From Dictyostelium discoideum (taxonomy: Eukaryota), in contig CM000151.3 in assembly GCA_000004695.1 (NCBI GenBank), forward strand, positions 1,248,001-1,312,000: a DNA stretch of 64,000 nucleotides, written 5' to 3'. The position numbers were made by a program, and so were the translations under genes. Below, one piece after another: positions 30,811-46,608 of the stretch (positions within the stretch are counted from its first letter, which is position 1; every line of letters starts with the position of its first letter). Under the pieces are notes generated by a model. That model did not search any database. It saw nothing but the letters and a program-made list of their open reading frames with translations, and was not told where the DNA came from.

Positions 30811-32712
30811 ATGCAAAGATCAAAACAAGAAACTAGAAAATCACAATATAAAAAGTCAATTGATTCAGATGAGTCACGTAGAAAGAGAGAAGAAGCTTCA
30901 CTCTCTATTAGAAAGAATAAAAGAGAAGAAAGTTTATTAAAAAAGAGAACTCAAGCAGTCCCAGGTTCTACTCCAGTTAAAGTTGATTCTTTAATTAACC
31001 AAAGAGTATGGTTTATTCAATTTTATTACTATTATTATTTTATCCCTCTTCTTTAGTTCAAGCAATATCTTTTTTTTTTTTTTTTTTTTTTTTATTATTA
31101 TTATTATATAAAATAGTAATAAGAAAAAAAAAAAAGTTATATATTATTATTAATAATTTATAATTATTATTAAAATTTATACTAATTTTTTTATTTTTTT
31201 TAATTTTTATTATTTTAATTTAAAACAGTTGGAACAACTCCCATCTTTAGTTGCAGAAATTAATTCAGAAAACCCAGATTTAATTTTAAAATCAACTACA
31301 GCATTTAGAAAATTACTTTCAATTGAAAAATCCCCACCAATTGAAGAAGTTATTAAAACTGGTATTGTCCCAAGACTCGTTAAATTTTTATATATGCAAG
31401 ATTTCCCACAACTTCAAGTAAGTATTTCTTTTTGTTTGTTTTAAAATGATATCTATTAAATTATTTATAATATTAACTTTTTAATTATTTTATTATTTTT
31501 ATTATTTATTATTATTATTTATTATTATTATTTTTCTAATTATAGTTTGAAGCAGCATGGGCATTAACAAATATTGCATCAGGTACACCAGAACAAACTA
31601 GAGTTGTAATTGAAAATGGTGCAATTCAAGTATTCGTTTTATTATTAAGTTCACCACATGATGACGTTAGAGAACAAGCAGTTTGGGCCTTAGGTAATAT
31701 TGCAGGTGATTCACATTATTGTAGAGATTTGGTATTAAGTCACAATGCTTTACCACCATTATTAAGTCTCTTACAAAATCCAGCAGCAATCAAAGTTAGT
31801 ATGGTTAGAAATGCTACATGGACATTATCCAACTTTTGCAGAGGTAAACCACAACCACCATTTGAAATTGTACGTGCCTCACTTCCAGTATTAGCCAAAT
31901 TAATCTACTATCAAGATGAAGAAGTATTAATTGATGCATGTTGGGCTCTCTCTTATCTCTCTGACGGTTCCAATGAAAGAATTCAAGAAGTTATTGACGC
32001 TAAAGTTTGTCGTAAGATGGTTGAACTCTTGGGTCATCCAACTATTGCCGTTCAAACACCAGCACTTCGTACCATTGGTAACATTGTAACTGGTGATGAT
32101 AATCAAACCCAAATTGTATTAAGTGTTCAAGCTCTTTCACATCTCTTGAACCTCTTACAATCACCAAAGAGAGCCATTCGTAAAGAAGCCTGTTGGACCA
32201 TCTCCAATATTACTGCAGGTGATAAAAATCAAATTCAACAAGTCATCGATGCCAATATCATTCCATCACTCGTTTATCTCTTGGCAAATGCTGAATTTGA
32301 AATTCAAAAAGAAGCCGCTTGGGCCATCAGTAACGCTACCTCTTGTGGTACCCCTCAACAAATTCATTTCCTCGTTAGCCAAGGTTGTGTCAAACCATTA
32401 TGTGATCTCCTCAAGGTTTCAGATCCACGTATTATCAATGTTGCACTCGAAGGTATTGAAAATATTTTAGTTGCTGGTAAAAAAGAAGCTCAAGTCACTG
32501 GTGTCAATCCATACAAAAAGATCATCGAAGATGCTGATGGTCTTGGTAAAATCTATGATTTACAACATCATATGAACAAAGATACCTTTGAAAAAGTTTC
32601 AAGAATTATCTCTACTTATTTGGAAGATGAACAAGAAGATGAAGGTGATCTCATGCCAGAAGGTTCTTCTTTCTCCTTTTCAAATCAAACAAATTCCAAT
32701 TTTAACCTTTAA
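30811..32712 (+). CDS. Importin subunit alpha (karyopherin alpha), three exons: 30811..31005, 31229..31417, 31546..32712
   Basis: IBB domain ([24 protein letters not shown]), then ..LQ|[13 protein letters not shown] and ARM repeats, ending at an acidic C-terminus. Introns are GTATGG..AAACAG and GTAAGT..TTATAG. Phases are consistent, and the ORF-track Ms at 31229 and 31729 are TTG. Confidence 0.88.
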
Positions 32713-32807
32713 AAAAAAAAAAAATTTCTTTTTTTTTCTTTCAAAAAAACAAAAAAAAAAAAAAACATATAATTAATAATCACGCACATAAAAATTTAAA
32801 TTTATTC

Positions 32808-32892
32808 ACTCACTCACTCATTCACTCCTCACACTTCACCTCACTCCTCACGCTCACATTAATTCACTCACTCACACATCACTCCTCACGCA
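32808..32892. repeat. C-rich (CACT/CTCA)n-like low-complexity tract 3' of the importin-alpha gene
   Basis: The sequence runs cactcactcactcattcactcctcacacttcacctcactcctcacgctcac.. and is atypical for this AT-rich genome. Confidence 0.7.
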
Positions 32893-33319
32893 TAATATAA
32901 ATAATAATGATATAATTACTCTTTCTCTTTCTTCTCTTCTATCAAACATGTTTGTTTTATTATTAACATGTAAATTTCACCATTTCCCGTTCGACCATCT
33001 AATATATTAAATTAATAAAAGTAATATATTTAAAAAAATAACCATCTATTATTTAATCACTTTTATTTTTTCTTTTTTTCCTTCATTGTATTTTTAATTT
33101 ATTCTTTTTTAAAAAAGAAAAATAAATTATATAATTTATCTAAACAATTTTTTTCTTTTTTTTTTTTTTAAAGTTTTTTAGTTTATATATATCATTTATT
33201 TTTTTAGTTTCAAAGAAAAAAAAAAAAAGAAAAAATTGTTTAGATATTTATTACAAAATAATATCAAAGAGCTGATATTATCCAATGTTTATTTTTTTTA
33301 TTTTTTTTTTTAATAATTT

Positions 33320-33976
33320 TTATTCATATTTTGGAAGTTGTCTACGAGGATTTTCGCTATTTATGTTATCATAACCATCTCCATTGGAATTTTCACTATC
33401 ATTTCTCTCTATTTGTTCATTATTTTCTGAGGTAGTTGGGATGAATTCTATAAAAGAGATTATTAAAAAAAAAAAAAAAAAAAAAAAAAATGTTAGATAA
33501 AGTGAAAAAAAAAAAAAAAAAAAATTAAAGGAGGGAATATTACTTTCAGGTTTATAATAATCTTGATCAACTGGTAAATTACTGTTTGAGGAGATAGTTT
33601 CACTATTTGAAATTGATGTGGTTGGACTAAATTGAATTGAATTATTAACATTGTTTGAATTATAGTTGTTATAACTGCTGCTGGTGTTATTATTATTAAT
33701 ATTATTATTGTAATTATTATTATTGTTATTATTATTATAATTATATGGGAGTGATGATGGTGCTTGTTGGTATGGGTTTGGGTTTATTGGTAAATTATAG
33801 TTGTTATTAAAGTTGATATTTCTTCTACTTGGACCACTAGCACCACCATTACTGTAAATTTTGGAACCAGCACTTGATTGACCAACTTTGACTGGATTAC
33901 CATCAACTAAACCTCCATTCATACCTGCGATTGCTCTTACACATGATTCACTATCTTTATAATTAACAAATGCAAA

Positions 33977-34032
<56 letters not shown>

Positions 34033-34797
34033 GAAAATAATAAATAGGTTAATAATAATTATTTATAATTTATAAATAAAATAAAATAAAATAATTAAAT
34101 ACCCTCTAGAAGGAAATAATCTAATTGAAGTGATTTCACCAAATTCTTTAAAAATATTATTTAATGTTTGTTCTTGGGCTATTGGAGTTAGATCACCTAC
34201 AAAAATAGCGTTTGAATTATTTTTTGGTGAATATTCTCTTGGTTGGAAACCACCATTACTATTACCATTCCTAAAATTATTGCCACCACCACCACCACCA
34301 TATGGATGATATCCATTTGGACGGTTTGACCTATCAAAACCATTATTATTATTATTATTATTATTGTTATTATTATTGTTATTATTGTTGTTATTATATT
34401 TATTATCATTATTTTCACCATTTTCATAATTAAAAGGCGGTGGTTTATGTCTTTCTACCATACCATATGGTGATCCATTTCCATTTCCATTTCCATTTCC
34501 ATTTTCATTTCCATTTTTATAATTATTATTACTATTATTATAATTATTATTATTATTATTATTTCTATTATCATTCATTACTTGTTCTTCATATTCACCA
34601 TCTTCAAAGTTGGTTGTATTATCTGACCTAAACCTTTTAATTCCATCTCTTTCTTGGCCATTATGATTACTATTACTATTATTACAACTATTATTACCAT
34701 TACTATTATTAATATTTCCATTTGATATTGTTTTATTTATTGTCGGTCTTTTGAAACCAGTTGCTTTGTTATCACTTGAATTTGTGGGTTCTAATTT
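33320..34797 (-). CDS. RRM-domain RNA-binding protein, with exons at 34797..~34104, ~33978..33544 and 33447..33320; a further 5' exon at 35399..35247 is possible
   Basis: RNP2 is IFVGDL and RNP1 is RGFAFVNY, split by an AT-rich intron (~34103..33979). The last intron (33543..33448, GTAATA..TTTATAG) removes a poly(A) tract that the ORF track reads as FFFFF. The tail is N/G-rich. A GGG triplet on both sides of the RRM intron makes the exact GT-AG junction ambiguous (see findings). The upstream frame is open to an AG at 34798-34799. Confidence 0.6.
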
Positions 34798-34961
34798 CTT
34801 TAATTATTAAAATAAAAAAATTATTAATAACTGAACATATATATGTATATTTATATTTATATTTAAATATAAAATCTATAAATAAATGAAGGAGATAAAA
34901 TAAAATAAAATAATAATAAAATAAAATTAATAATAAATTAAAAAGTTTTTGTTTTTATTTT

Positions 34962-35011
<50 letters not shown>

Positions 35012-35150
35012 ATGGTTTAAATAAAAAATTTGGGAGGGACAAAAAAAAAAAATAGATTAAAAAAAACAATAAATCGCGATTAAAAAAAAAAATTAAAAAA
35101 AAAAAAAAAATTAAATAAAAAAAAAAAAAAAAAAAAAAAAAAGCGGATGA

Positions 35151-35399
35151 TTAAAAAACAAAATAAAAAGAAAAAAAGGTTTTTATTTTATTTATTGTTG
35201 TTTTTTTATTTGCTATTATTATTATTGTTATTATTGTCATTATTACTTTTGCCAATATTTTTTTAGCTTCATCTAATTTTAATCTTTGTTCATCTTCTTT
35301 TTCTTTCTTATCTTTTTCTAACTTTTTTTCAATTTCTTCATATTTTTGTTTTAATGACTTCTCTTTATCATCTAATGCTGCCGCTTTTTTAGAGCTCAT
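35151..35399 (-). CDS. K/E-rich coiled-coil ORF (MSSKKAAALDDKEKSLKQKYEEIEKKLEKDKKEKEDEQRLKLDEAKKILAK), either a separate small gene or exon 1 of the RRM gene
   Basis: ATG with A-rich context. The ORF ends at a GTAATA donor at 35246. Joining to the acceptor at 34798 keeps phase 0 and is in frame with the RRM gene, which would give a 449-nt intron. Confidence 0.35.
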   Translation of the reverse strand: MSSKKAAALDDKEKSLKQKYEEIEKKLEKDKKEKEDEQRLKLDEAKKILAKVIMTIITIIIIANKKTTINKIKTFFSFYFVF

Positions 35400-35406
35400 T
35401 TCTGCT

Positions 35407-35442
<36 letters not shown>

Positions 35443-35679
35443 TTAAGGTGAATGTTAATGTGTCAATAATAAAAAAAAAGAAAAAAAAAAAAAAAAAAAA
35501 AAATTTAAATAAAAAAAAAAAAAATTTAACGGTTTCAAAAAATTTAAATTTAATTCAAAAAAAAATAAAAAAAAAAAACAAATTTAATTCCAAAAAAAAA
35601 AAAAAAAATAAATAAAAAAAATTAAAAAATTAAAAAATATAATAATGAACAATGTTTTGAGATCAATGATTTTGTTTAA

Positions 35680-35713
<34 letters not shown>

Positions 35714-35863
35714 GTTTGTAATTATTATTTTAAAATGTGTCCAAATTGAAGTTTTTTTTTTTTTTATTATCTATTATTATTTTTTTTTTTTTTTGTTTCC
35801 TTTGAGAAATTTTTTTTTTTTTTTTTTTTTTTTTCCAGATTTTTTATTTTTTATTATCTATTA

Positions 35864-36679
35864 TTATTTTCTTTGGAAACCACCTCTACCCATTGGTCCA
35901 CCTGGTGGGAAACCTTGTGGTGGCATATTGTTGAAGTTTGGGCCACCTGGTGGGAAACCTTGTGGAGGGAAACCACCTCTACCCATTGGACCACCTGGTG
36001 GGAAACCTTGTGGTGGCATATTACCATTATTGAGATTTGGGCCACCCATTGGACCACCTGGTGGGAAACCTTGTGGTGGGAAACCACCTCTACCTATTGG
36101 ACCACCTGGTGGGAAACCTTGTGGTGGACCGCCATTATTGTTATTTGGATTATTATTGAAAGCACCTTGTGGTGATGGGCCACCTGGTGGGAAGCCTTGT
36201 GGAGGGAAACCACCTCTTCCCATTGGTGGTGGAACACCGCCACCTGGCATCATTGAATGTGGAGCTGGACCACCAACACCTCTAACTGGACCAGTCAAAC
36301 CTGACATTGGTCCACTACCACCCATACCCATACCACCCATTGGCATACCTCTACCAACGGCTCTACCAATACCAGGACCACCTGGAATTTGTGGTGGCAT
36401 CTTTGAGGTTGCTGCTAATTTGGCTTCCTCTGGTGGTGGTGCCTCAACTGACATTGAAACCACAGTTTCACCTCTAATTAAAATCATACCCAATGTTCTC
36501 TTTTCTTCTCTATCCTCTTTACCTTTTTGTCTAATTCTTCTAAATTCCTCTGCGTCACAAATAACAACATTCATATGTTTATCAAATGCTAAAAATCTAC
36601 CAACAATAACTCTACCATCTTGAATTGTTACTCTCATTCTATAATTAATGTATTGTAACATTTTACTACTTTTGGGCAT
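35864..36679 (-). CDS. snrpB: Small nuclear ribonucleoprotein-associated protein B (SmB/SNRPB), single exon
   Basis: N-terminal Sm fold [57 protein letters not shown], followed by a Gly/Pro-rich tail with repeated GFPPGGP(M/I)GRGG motifs typical of SmB. Confidence 0.85.
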   Translation of the reverse strand: MPKSSKMLQYINYRMRVTIQDGRVIVGRFLAFDKHMNVVICDAEEFRRIRQKGKEDREEKRTLGMILIRGETVVSMSVEAPPPEEAKLAATSKMPPQIPGGPGIGRAVGRGMPMGGMGMGGSGPMSGLTGPVRGVGGPAPHSMMPGGGVPPPMGRGGFPPQGFPPGGPSPQGAFNNNPNNNNGGPPQGFPPGGPIGRGGFPPQGFPPGGPMGGPNLNNGNMPPQGFPPGGPMGRGGFPPQGFPPGGPNFNNMPPQGFPPGGPMGRGGFQRK

Positions 36680-37050
36680 ACCACTCTATATTTTTTTTTT
36701 TTTTTTGTTTTTTTGTTTTTTTGTTTTTTTGGTTTTTTTTTTAATATTATATAATAGTTTATAAATATAAATTAGTAAAAATATATTTATATTAATTTTT
36801 TTTTAAAAAAAAGTATTTACCATTTTGTGTGTATATATATATTGTGGTGTTTGGGATTTGTTTTTTTCGGGAGTTTTTTTAGTTTGGTATTTTTTTTTTT
36901 TTTTTTATATTAATTTAAGATTATAGTATAAATAAAATAATCTAACAAAAATTTCTAAAATGAATCTAATTTAAAATTAAAAATAGATTAAAAATAGGGT
37001 TTTATATATTTGTGTTTTAATGAACCGATCAATGAAATCAAAAAACAATA

Positions 37051-37083
<33 letters not shown>

Positions 37084-37358
37084 ATGAAAAAGTGAATTTT
37101 TTTTTTTTAAAAAAAAAAATAAAAATAAAATAACCTAATTGATGAAATTTTTCATATGCAAAAAAAAAAAAAAAAGAAAGATATATTTTTTGAACAGTGT
37201 GTGAAAAAAAAGATATATAAGTGTTTAGATAATTAGAAAAAAAAAAAAAAGAAAATTTTTAAAAGAGTGTTTAGATAATTAGAGAAAAAAAAAAAAAAAA
37301 ACAGGAAAAAAAAAAACCTTTTACTTTATTACTTTTTTTTTTTTTTTTTTTTTTTAAT

Positions 37359-38321
37359 TTAATTTAATTCAGCAATCATACATCTAATACCACCACCACC
37401 AACAGATTGAATTGTTGGAATTTCACGAGTAATGAAACCACCATTACAATTTTTAGAGATGATATCTTTTTGAGAATCAGTGAAAGCATCAAAAGAAGAT
37501 TTTGAACAAACCAAGAATTGATCACCTTTTTCATTTTGAACTTCAATGACATTACCACAGAAATTGTTTACTTGATCTTTAGAGATATCAATGATGGTAT
37601 GAGTTTTTGAGAGAGTTGATTGAACGAGTTCTCTTTCTTGTGGATTTGGAATTGAGTCTAAACAGATGACAGCAATCTTTGTACCAATTGCCATGATTAC
37701 ATTTGTATGATAAACGATTTTATCGTTTGAGTCTAATGATTGGAATGAAATTAAATTGTAGCCTAGCTTATCACACCATTCTTGAGCCAATTCTTTATTT
37801 GATCTTTGTGAGATACAAATGTATGCATTCTTATTGACCCTATCCAACACGAATGAGCCAGTACCTTCTAAAAATTTATTTTCATTCTCGTAATGTGTCA
37901 AATCGATTATGTCCAAAAGATCTTCAGAATGACGAGATTTAAGATATTCGATAATATTTGATCTTCTCTCTAATCTACGATTTGGGTGACACATTGGGTA
38001 TAAGACTAAAGTATTCTTACCGCCACTGCATCCATTAACATTTGACATTTCCTCTACTGAATGTGTTGAGAACCAATTGTTTGGGAATAAACAATCTGGT
38101 GTTTCAATACCATCACCTCTTGGTTGAAACAATTTAACATTTACTCCTTTTTCAATCAATGCTTCATAATATCTTGTAAATTCTTGAACTCCCATCTTAT
38201 GAACATCAATTGATTCCTCTGGTTTATTCATAAATGTATTATCATTAATTGCTTGTGCATTACTCTCAAAATGAGTTGGTTCAACCATTAAAATTGATTT
38301 ACTTGATTGTTGTCTTGACAT
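37359..38321 (-). CDS. Amidinotransferase-fold enzyme of the guanidino-group-modifying (GME) superfamily, DDAH/arginine-deiminase-like, single exon
   Basis: 320 aa ending ..SVGGGGIRCMIAELN, which places the catalytic Cys in a GGGxxC motif typical of GME enzymes. The overall length and fold signature fit. The exact subfamily is not resolved. Confidence 0.55.
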   Translation of the reverse strand: MSRQQSSKSILMVEPTHFESNAQAINDNTFMNKPEESIDVHKMGVQEFTRYYEALIEKGVNVKLFQPRGDGIETPDCLFPNNWFSTHSVEEMSNVNGCSGGKNTLVLYPMCHPNRRLERRSNIIEYLKSRHSEDLLDIIDLTHYENENKFLEGTGSFVLDRVNKNAYICISQRSNKELAQEWCDKLGYNLISFQSLDSNDKIVYHTNVIMAIGTKIAVICLDSIPNPQERELVQSTLSKTHTIIDISKDQVNNFCGNVIEVQNEKGDQFLVCSKSSFDAFTDSQKDIISKNCNGGFITREIPTIQSVGGGGIRCMIAELN

Positions 38322-38360
38322 TATTTATTTTTACAAAAAACTATTATATATATATTACTG

Positions 38361-38415
<55 letters not shown>

Positions 38416-38461
38416 AAAAAAAAATGAATAAAAAAAAAAAAAAAAAAACTATACAAAATTT

Positions 38462-38511
<50 letters not shown>

Positions 38512-39156
38512 AAAAAAAACAACAATTCTAACCGGTTTGAAATTTCGACCAGAGTCTATACAAAAACTTAAATTAGACCCATATCTCCTAATTATTTTAA
38601 AATTTTTTTTTTTTATTTTTTTAAATTAGATTTAAAATTTTTAAACATATTTTTTTTATTTTTTAAGAAATTAAATTTTTTATTATTTTTATTTTTATTT
38701 TTATTTTTATTTTTTTTTTTTTTTTTTTTTTTTCTTTTTAACCCCCGATTAAAATGTATTTCTATTATTTATTAATATTAAATAATTAAATTAAAAAAAG
38801 ATATTTTTAAAAAAAAAAATAAAACAAAATAATTTTTTTTCTTATAAACTACTCACTTTTAAATTTTTTTTTTTTTTTTTTTTTTTTTATAAAATTATCA
38901 AATAATCTGATTGATCATTTATTAATAAATTAGTTTTTTAATTTTAATTTTTTTTATTTTTTATTTTTTTTTTTTTCGTTTTGTTCGTTCATAAAAAAAA
39001 AAAAAAAAAAAATGAAAATAAAATTTTTTAATTTCTCCTTTTCACCCCTCAAATAAAATAAAATAAAATAAAAATTTTTTTTTTTTTTATTTAAAAAATA
39101 ATAATAATAATAAACTTTAATATATTTATATAAATATATACTTTTAAAATAAAAAA

Positions 39157-40101
39157 ATGAGTATTTTTACACCTGTAAATAATAAAACACTTACGAATAT
39201 AGTTGTTGTAAGATATAAAAAGGGAGCTGCTAAATTCGAAATTGCATGTTACCCATCAAAAGTACAATCTTATAGATCAAAAATGTAATTATTTATTTTA
39301 CTTTATCCTATTATTTTTTATAAATAATTGTTATTAATAAATTATTCATTTATTTATTATTTTATTATTTTTTTATTATTTATTATTTTTTTTTTATAAA
39401 ATAGTGAAAAAGATTTAAATGAAGTAATTCAAATTCATAGAATTTTTACAAATGTATCAAAAGGTATTATTGCGAAAAAGGATGAATTAATTAAAGCATT
39501 TGGAACAGATAACGAACAAGAGATTATATTATTGATTTTAGAAAAAGGTGAATTACAAGTTTCATCAAAAGAGAGAGATAACCAATCAGAGCAGACATTT
39601 AAGGATATAGCAACCATTGTGGCAGAGAAATGTGTAAATACAGAGACCCAACGTCCAATTCCAGTATCGATCATTGAAAAGGCAATGAAAGACGTCCACT
39701 ACTCAATTCACCCAACTAAATCATCCAAACAACAATCATTAGAAGTTATTAAACAAATCTCATCAGTTATTCCAATTCAAAGAGCACAAATGAGATTAAA
39801 TATTACAATTCCAACTAAAGAATCTAAAACTTTAAATCGTGATAAATTGATGGTTTTAGTTTCAAAAATTGAAGAAGAAGATCGTGATGGTGGTGGTTTA
39901 TCAATCGTTTGTTTAGTTGATCCCGGTTCATATAGAAAAATAGATGAATTAATAAAACAAGAAACTAAAGGTAAAGGTTTTATTGATATCATAAATTTAG
40001 CTGTTGCAAAAGAAGGTGAAACTAAAATTAATGAAACTGGTAAATCTGCTCCAACCTCCACCACCACTACTACCACCACCACAACTTCATCTTCAAAATA
40101 A
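39157..40101 (+). CDS. sbds: Shwachman-Bodian-Diamond syndrome protein homolog (ribosome maturation factor SBDS), two exons: 39157..39284 and 39405..40101
   Basis: Exon 1 is MSIFTPVNNKTLTNIVVVRYKKGAAKFEIACYPSKVQSYRSKI, and exon 2 begins EKDLNEVIQIHRIFTNVSKGIIAKKDELIKAFGTDNEQEI..IATIVAEKCVNTETQRPIPVSIIEKAMKDVHYSIHP..KQQSLEVIKQ. This is collinear with human SBDS. Intron 39285..39404 is GTAATT..AAATAG. Confidence 0.88.
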
Positions 40102-40190
40102 AAATAAATAAAAAAAAAAAAAAAAAAAAAACAAATTCCCAAGAATACAATTTATTTTAATTTTTTTTTTTTTTATAAATTTTATTTAAA

Positions 40191-40212
40191 TTAAGTTTGT
40201 ACATTTTCATTC

Positions 40213-40259
<47 letters not shown>

Positions 40260-40865
40260 ATTATTTAAATCATTTGTATTGTTACTACTACTACTATTAA
40301 AATTTGGTTTAAAAGGACTATTATTATTACTTGGGATATTTGTACTATTAATATCAAAACTATTATTTTTTGTATTTTCGAAATGAGTTAGCAATGAACC
40401 TGTGGGTGTTGAATTACTGTTGTTGTTGTTGTTATTATTATTATTATTGTTACTTCCACAACTACTAATAATATCTAATGGAGGTGAAGAAGTTTTAAAA
40501 TCACTTAAATTTGTAAAAGAATTTTGATGTTTTAAAACTGGTGAAGTCGGTGTACCTATATCTTGTCCATTTGATGAAACATTACCACCATTTGATTTTA
40601 TTTTAAAATTTGAAATTCTTGTCTCTAAATCTGTAACTAAATTAATTAGATCATTTACAACCACCAATGAACTTGCCCTTGATGATGATGCTGTATCCTC
40701 TGTTCTTTGTCTTTGTGATTTTTGTGCTCTTGGTATATTATATGCTGTTGGATTTTCACGTTTTATATTTATACTCTTTTCGCCATTCGATTTACCATTA
40801 ATACTATTTGATGCTGAACTTGGTTTTCTTTCTCTAACTGATAATTCATGTCTTAAATCTATAAA

Positions 40866-40944
<79 letters not shown>

Positions 40945-41623
40945 GGTAGTAGTACCAAAAATTAGTCAAACCTATCTAAATAAATTGTATTTTGTTTGTT
41001 TGCCTGTTTAATTACCTCTAATATCATCTCTTAATCTTTGAATTGTTTCATCTGCAACTTGTTTTGATTCTTCTAATTCACTTTGCATCCAAACGTTTTC
41101 TTCCATTACTCTATCTAATTTATCGGAAAGATCTATAACTGATGCTGAAGAGTTTCTTTCTCTTCTTTCTAATGAATCATTATCTTGTTCTAATCTTCTT
41201 TTATCCTCTAATAATGATTGTTTCGTTGTTTGTAATTTTGTTACTTCATCCTGTAAACTATTTATTAATTTTGATGATTCTTTATTTGTCGTATTTAATT
41301 TATCTACAATTGTTTCATGATCATTTTTTAATCGCCTAAATTATATATGGGTATATATGGATATAAGTAATCAATTTTTATTTTTATTTTTTTCAATTTT
41401 ATCTTTTAACATACGCATATTGTGAAGCTAAATCTGCACATTTTTTTTCACAGATTCTTAATTCATCTTCCATTTCTTCTTCTAATTGTTTTGAAAAATC
41501 TTGAAATTCAGTAAATGTCGTCTCTAAATCGTCCATCTCTTGTTGTTTATCTTCTACTCTCTTTTTCCAATATTGAATCTCTTCTTGAGGTGTTGTAAAT
41601 ATAGGTATCTCTGTTGATGCCAT
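40191..41623 (-). CDS. NudE/Nde1-family (LIS1-interacting) coiled-coil protein, three exons: 41623..41415, 41335..41016, 40858..40191
   Basis: The N-terminus ..QEEIQYWKKRVEDKQQEMDDLETTFTEFQDFSKQLEEEMEDELR matches the NudE signature (EEEANYWKDLA..ELREFQEGSREYEAELE). Exon 2 continues the coiled coil (..DNDSLERRERNSSASVIDLSDKLDRVMEENVWMQSELEESKQVADETIQRLRDDIR). Introns are 41414..41336 (GTATGT..ATTTAG) and 41015..40859 (GTAATT..TTATAG, containing an (ATT)n repeat). The tail is S/N-rich. Confidence 0.75.
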
Positions 41624-42468
41624 TTTATTTTATCTTTTTATTTTATATATAATGTGGTTTATTTTTATTATTGTTGTTGTAATTGAAATAAATAAATAAA
41701 TAAATTAATTAATTAAATTCAACCTTTTTTTTTTTTTAACAAATAAAATTTATAAAAAAAAAAAAAAAATTTAAAATAAATAAAAGAAAATTTTTTTTAA
41801 TTTTAAAAAAAAAAAATAATTGTTGTTCTTGAAATGGTAAATTATATGTGTGTTTGATTGTGTGTTGTGTGTGGTGTGGGTTTTTATTGTATGTGCCTTT
41901 ATGAGGGTTGATGTGATTTTTTTTTTTTTTTCTATTAAAAAAAAATTGTGTGAAGTTTGGGTAGTGGTGAGTTATTCTTTTTTTTTATTTATTTATTTGT
42001 TCTTTATCTCTTTTTTTGACTTTTGACTTTTTTTCTTTTTTTCTTTCTTTTTATTTATTTTCCCTATAACAATATTATCACTATTGCCTAATTATTTTTC
42101 TAATTATTTGTTATTATTTTATTATATTATAATAAATTTTTTTTTAGAACCACTTTTTTTTTTACCACATGGGGTATTGTAATTAAACAAAATATGGGTT
42201 TTGTATAAAAAAAACTCCAAAAAAAAAAAAAAAAAAAAAAACTAAAAAAAAAAAAAAATTTATAAAAAAAAAAAAAAATAAAAAAATAAAAAAATTGATA
42301 AAAAAAAAATTTCAAATCAAATTTCTGTCTTCCAAAAAAAGAAATTATTAATTTTCTGGAAAACCAATGGATTCATGGTTTTCTTTTTTTTTTTTTTTTT
42401 TTTTTTTATTGTTTCATTTTTAGAGATTTTATTTTATTTATACAATTAATTTTTTTTTCTTTTTTTTT

Positions 42469-44193
<1,725 letters not shown>

Positions 44194-44665
44194 GGTTCAA
44201 CAACTAATTTTTATATTCTTTTTTTATTATTTATTTATTTATTTGTATTTATTTTATACATATATAAAATAAAAAAAATTAAAATGATTAAAAAATAAAA
44301 AAAATGATTGAATGTGGACTAAGACTCTTTGTGGATAGTTTTAAAAAAAAAAAAAAATAAAAAAAAAAAAAAAATAAAAAAACTGAAAAACGCAAATTTG
44401 TGTTAGATAGATATTTTTTTTTTTTTTTTTTTTTTAGATTTTTAATCCAAAAACAAAACAACCTAAATATTTGAATTACACTAAAATTATTTTTTTTTTT
44501 TTTTTTTCTATCTACAAAATTTTATTACAATATTATTTTATTTTATTTTTTTTATTTTTTTGGGGATTATTTATTAGTGTACTACAATTATTGGTAATTA
44601 ATAAATAATAAATATTAATAATGATGAATTTGGTTAATAAAGGTAAAAATAATAAATTCAAACAC

Positions 44666-44686
44666 TCAAAAAGAAATAAAAATAAA

Positions 44687-44720
<34 letters not shown>

Positions 44721-44935
44721 ACCTTTTTTATAATATATTTTAAACTAGTATAACCCTTTTTTACTAAAAATTTTATATGTTCTTGATCAGTTTCATATTT
44801 GTGACCCTCAAAATGTTCACGTGTAAAAGTCCAATAATAATTTTGTGCTGGTTTTGGTAATTTTTGATTAATCGATCTTACTATAGTTCTATACAATGCT
44901 AATGATGCTGGAGAAATTGTATTGGGTTGACCCAT
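44666..44935 (-). CDS. LYR-motif (Complex1_LYR family) small protein; C-terminus uncertain
   Basis: MGQPNTISPASLALYRTIVRSINQKLP..FTREHFEGHKYETDQEHIKFLVKKGYTSLKYIIKK carries the L-Y-R tripeptide and the basic helix pattern of LYRM proteins. The ORF runs into a (TA/AAAATA)n tract. A GTAATT donor after ..KYIIKK is possible. Confidence 0.55.
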
Positions 44936-45360
44936 TTTCGGTTTATTTGGGTATTTTTTTTTTTTTGTTATTTAAATTTATTCTTATTATAGGTGCTGAT
45001 GTATTTGGAATTTTTTGAAATGAAATTAAAAAAAAAAATTAAAAAAGTAAAAAATAAAATTTTAAAAAAAAAAAAAAAAAAAAAAAAGGATTATTTTAAA
45101 AATTTAAAAATATATAAATATATAAAGGCTGATTCACAAATTATTGTCAAAATTAATTTTTCTAAACACTTTGCCCACAAATGAAAATATCTTTTTAAAG
45201 AATATTATGCTTGTTTTGGTATGATTTCCCAATATTTTATTTTATTTTATTTTATTTTATTTTTTTTTTTTTTTTTTTCGACAATTTTTTTTTTTATTTT
45301 ATTTTATTTTTTTTTTTTTTTAATTTTCATTTCAACCATAACGACCAAAACAAAAAAAAA

Positions 45361-46394
<1,034 letters not shown>

Positions 46395-46566
46395 ATATAA
46401 AATGTTTATTTAAATAAATAAAAAAAAAAAAAACTAATTATCTCATAAAATGTTTAAAAAAAAAAAAAAAAAAAATCTAATTTATTTACTCGATCAAAAG
46501 ATTGATCAAAATAATTTTATTTTTTTATTTTTATTTATAATTTTATTCCAATTTGGAAATGTTTTT

Positions 46567-46608
<42 letters not shown>

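Noticed and set aside
35854-36175. ORFs 35854..36087(-) and 35873..36175(+) with W/H-rich repeats
   Set aside because: They are alternate frames of the Gly/Pro repeat region of SmB.
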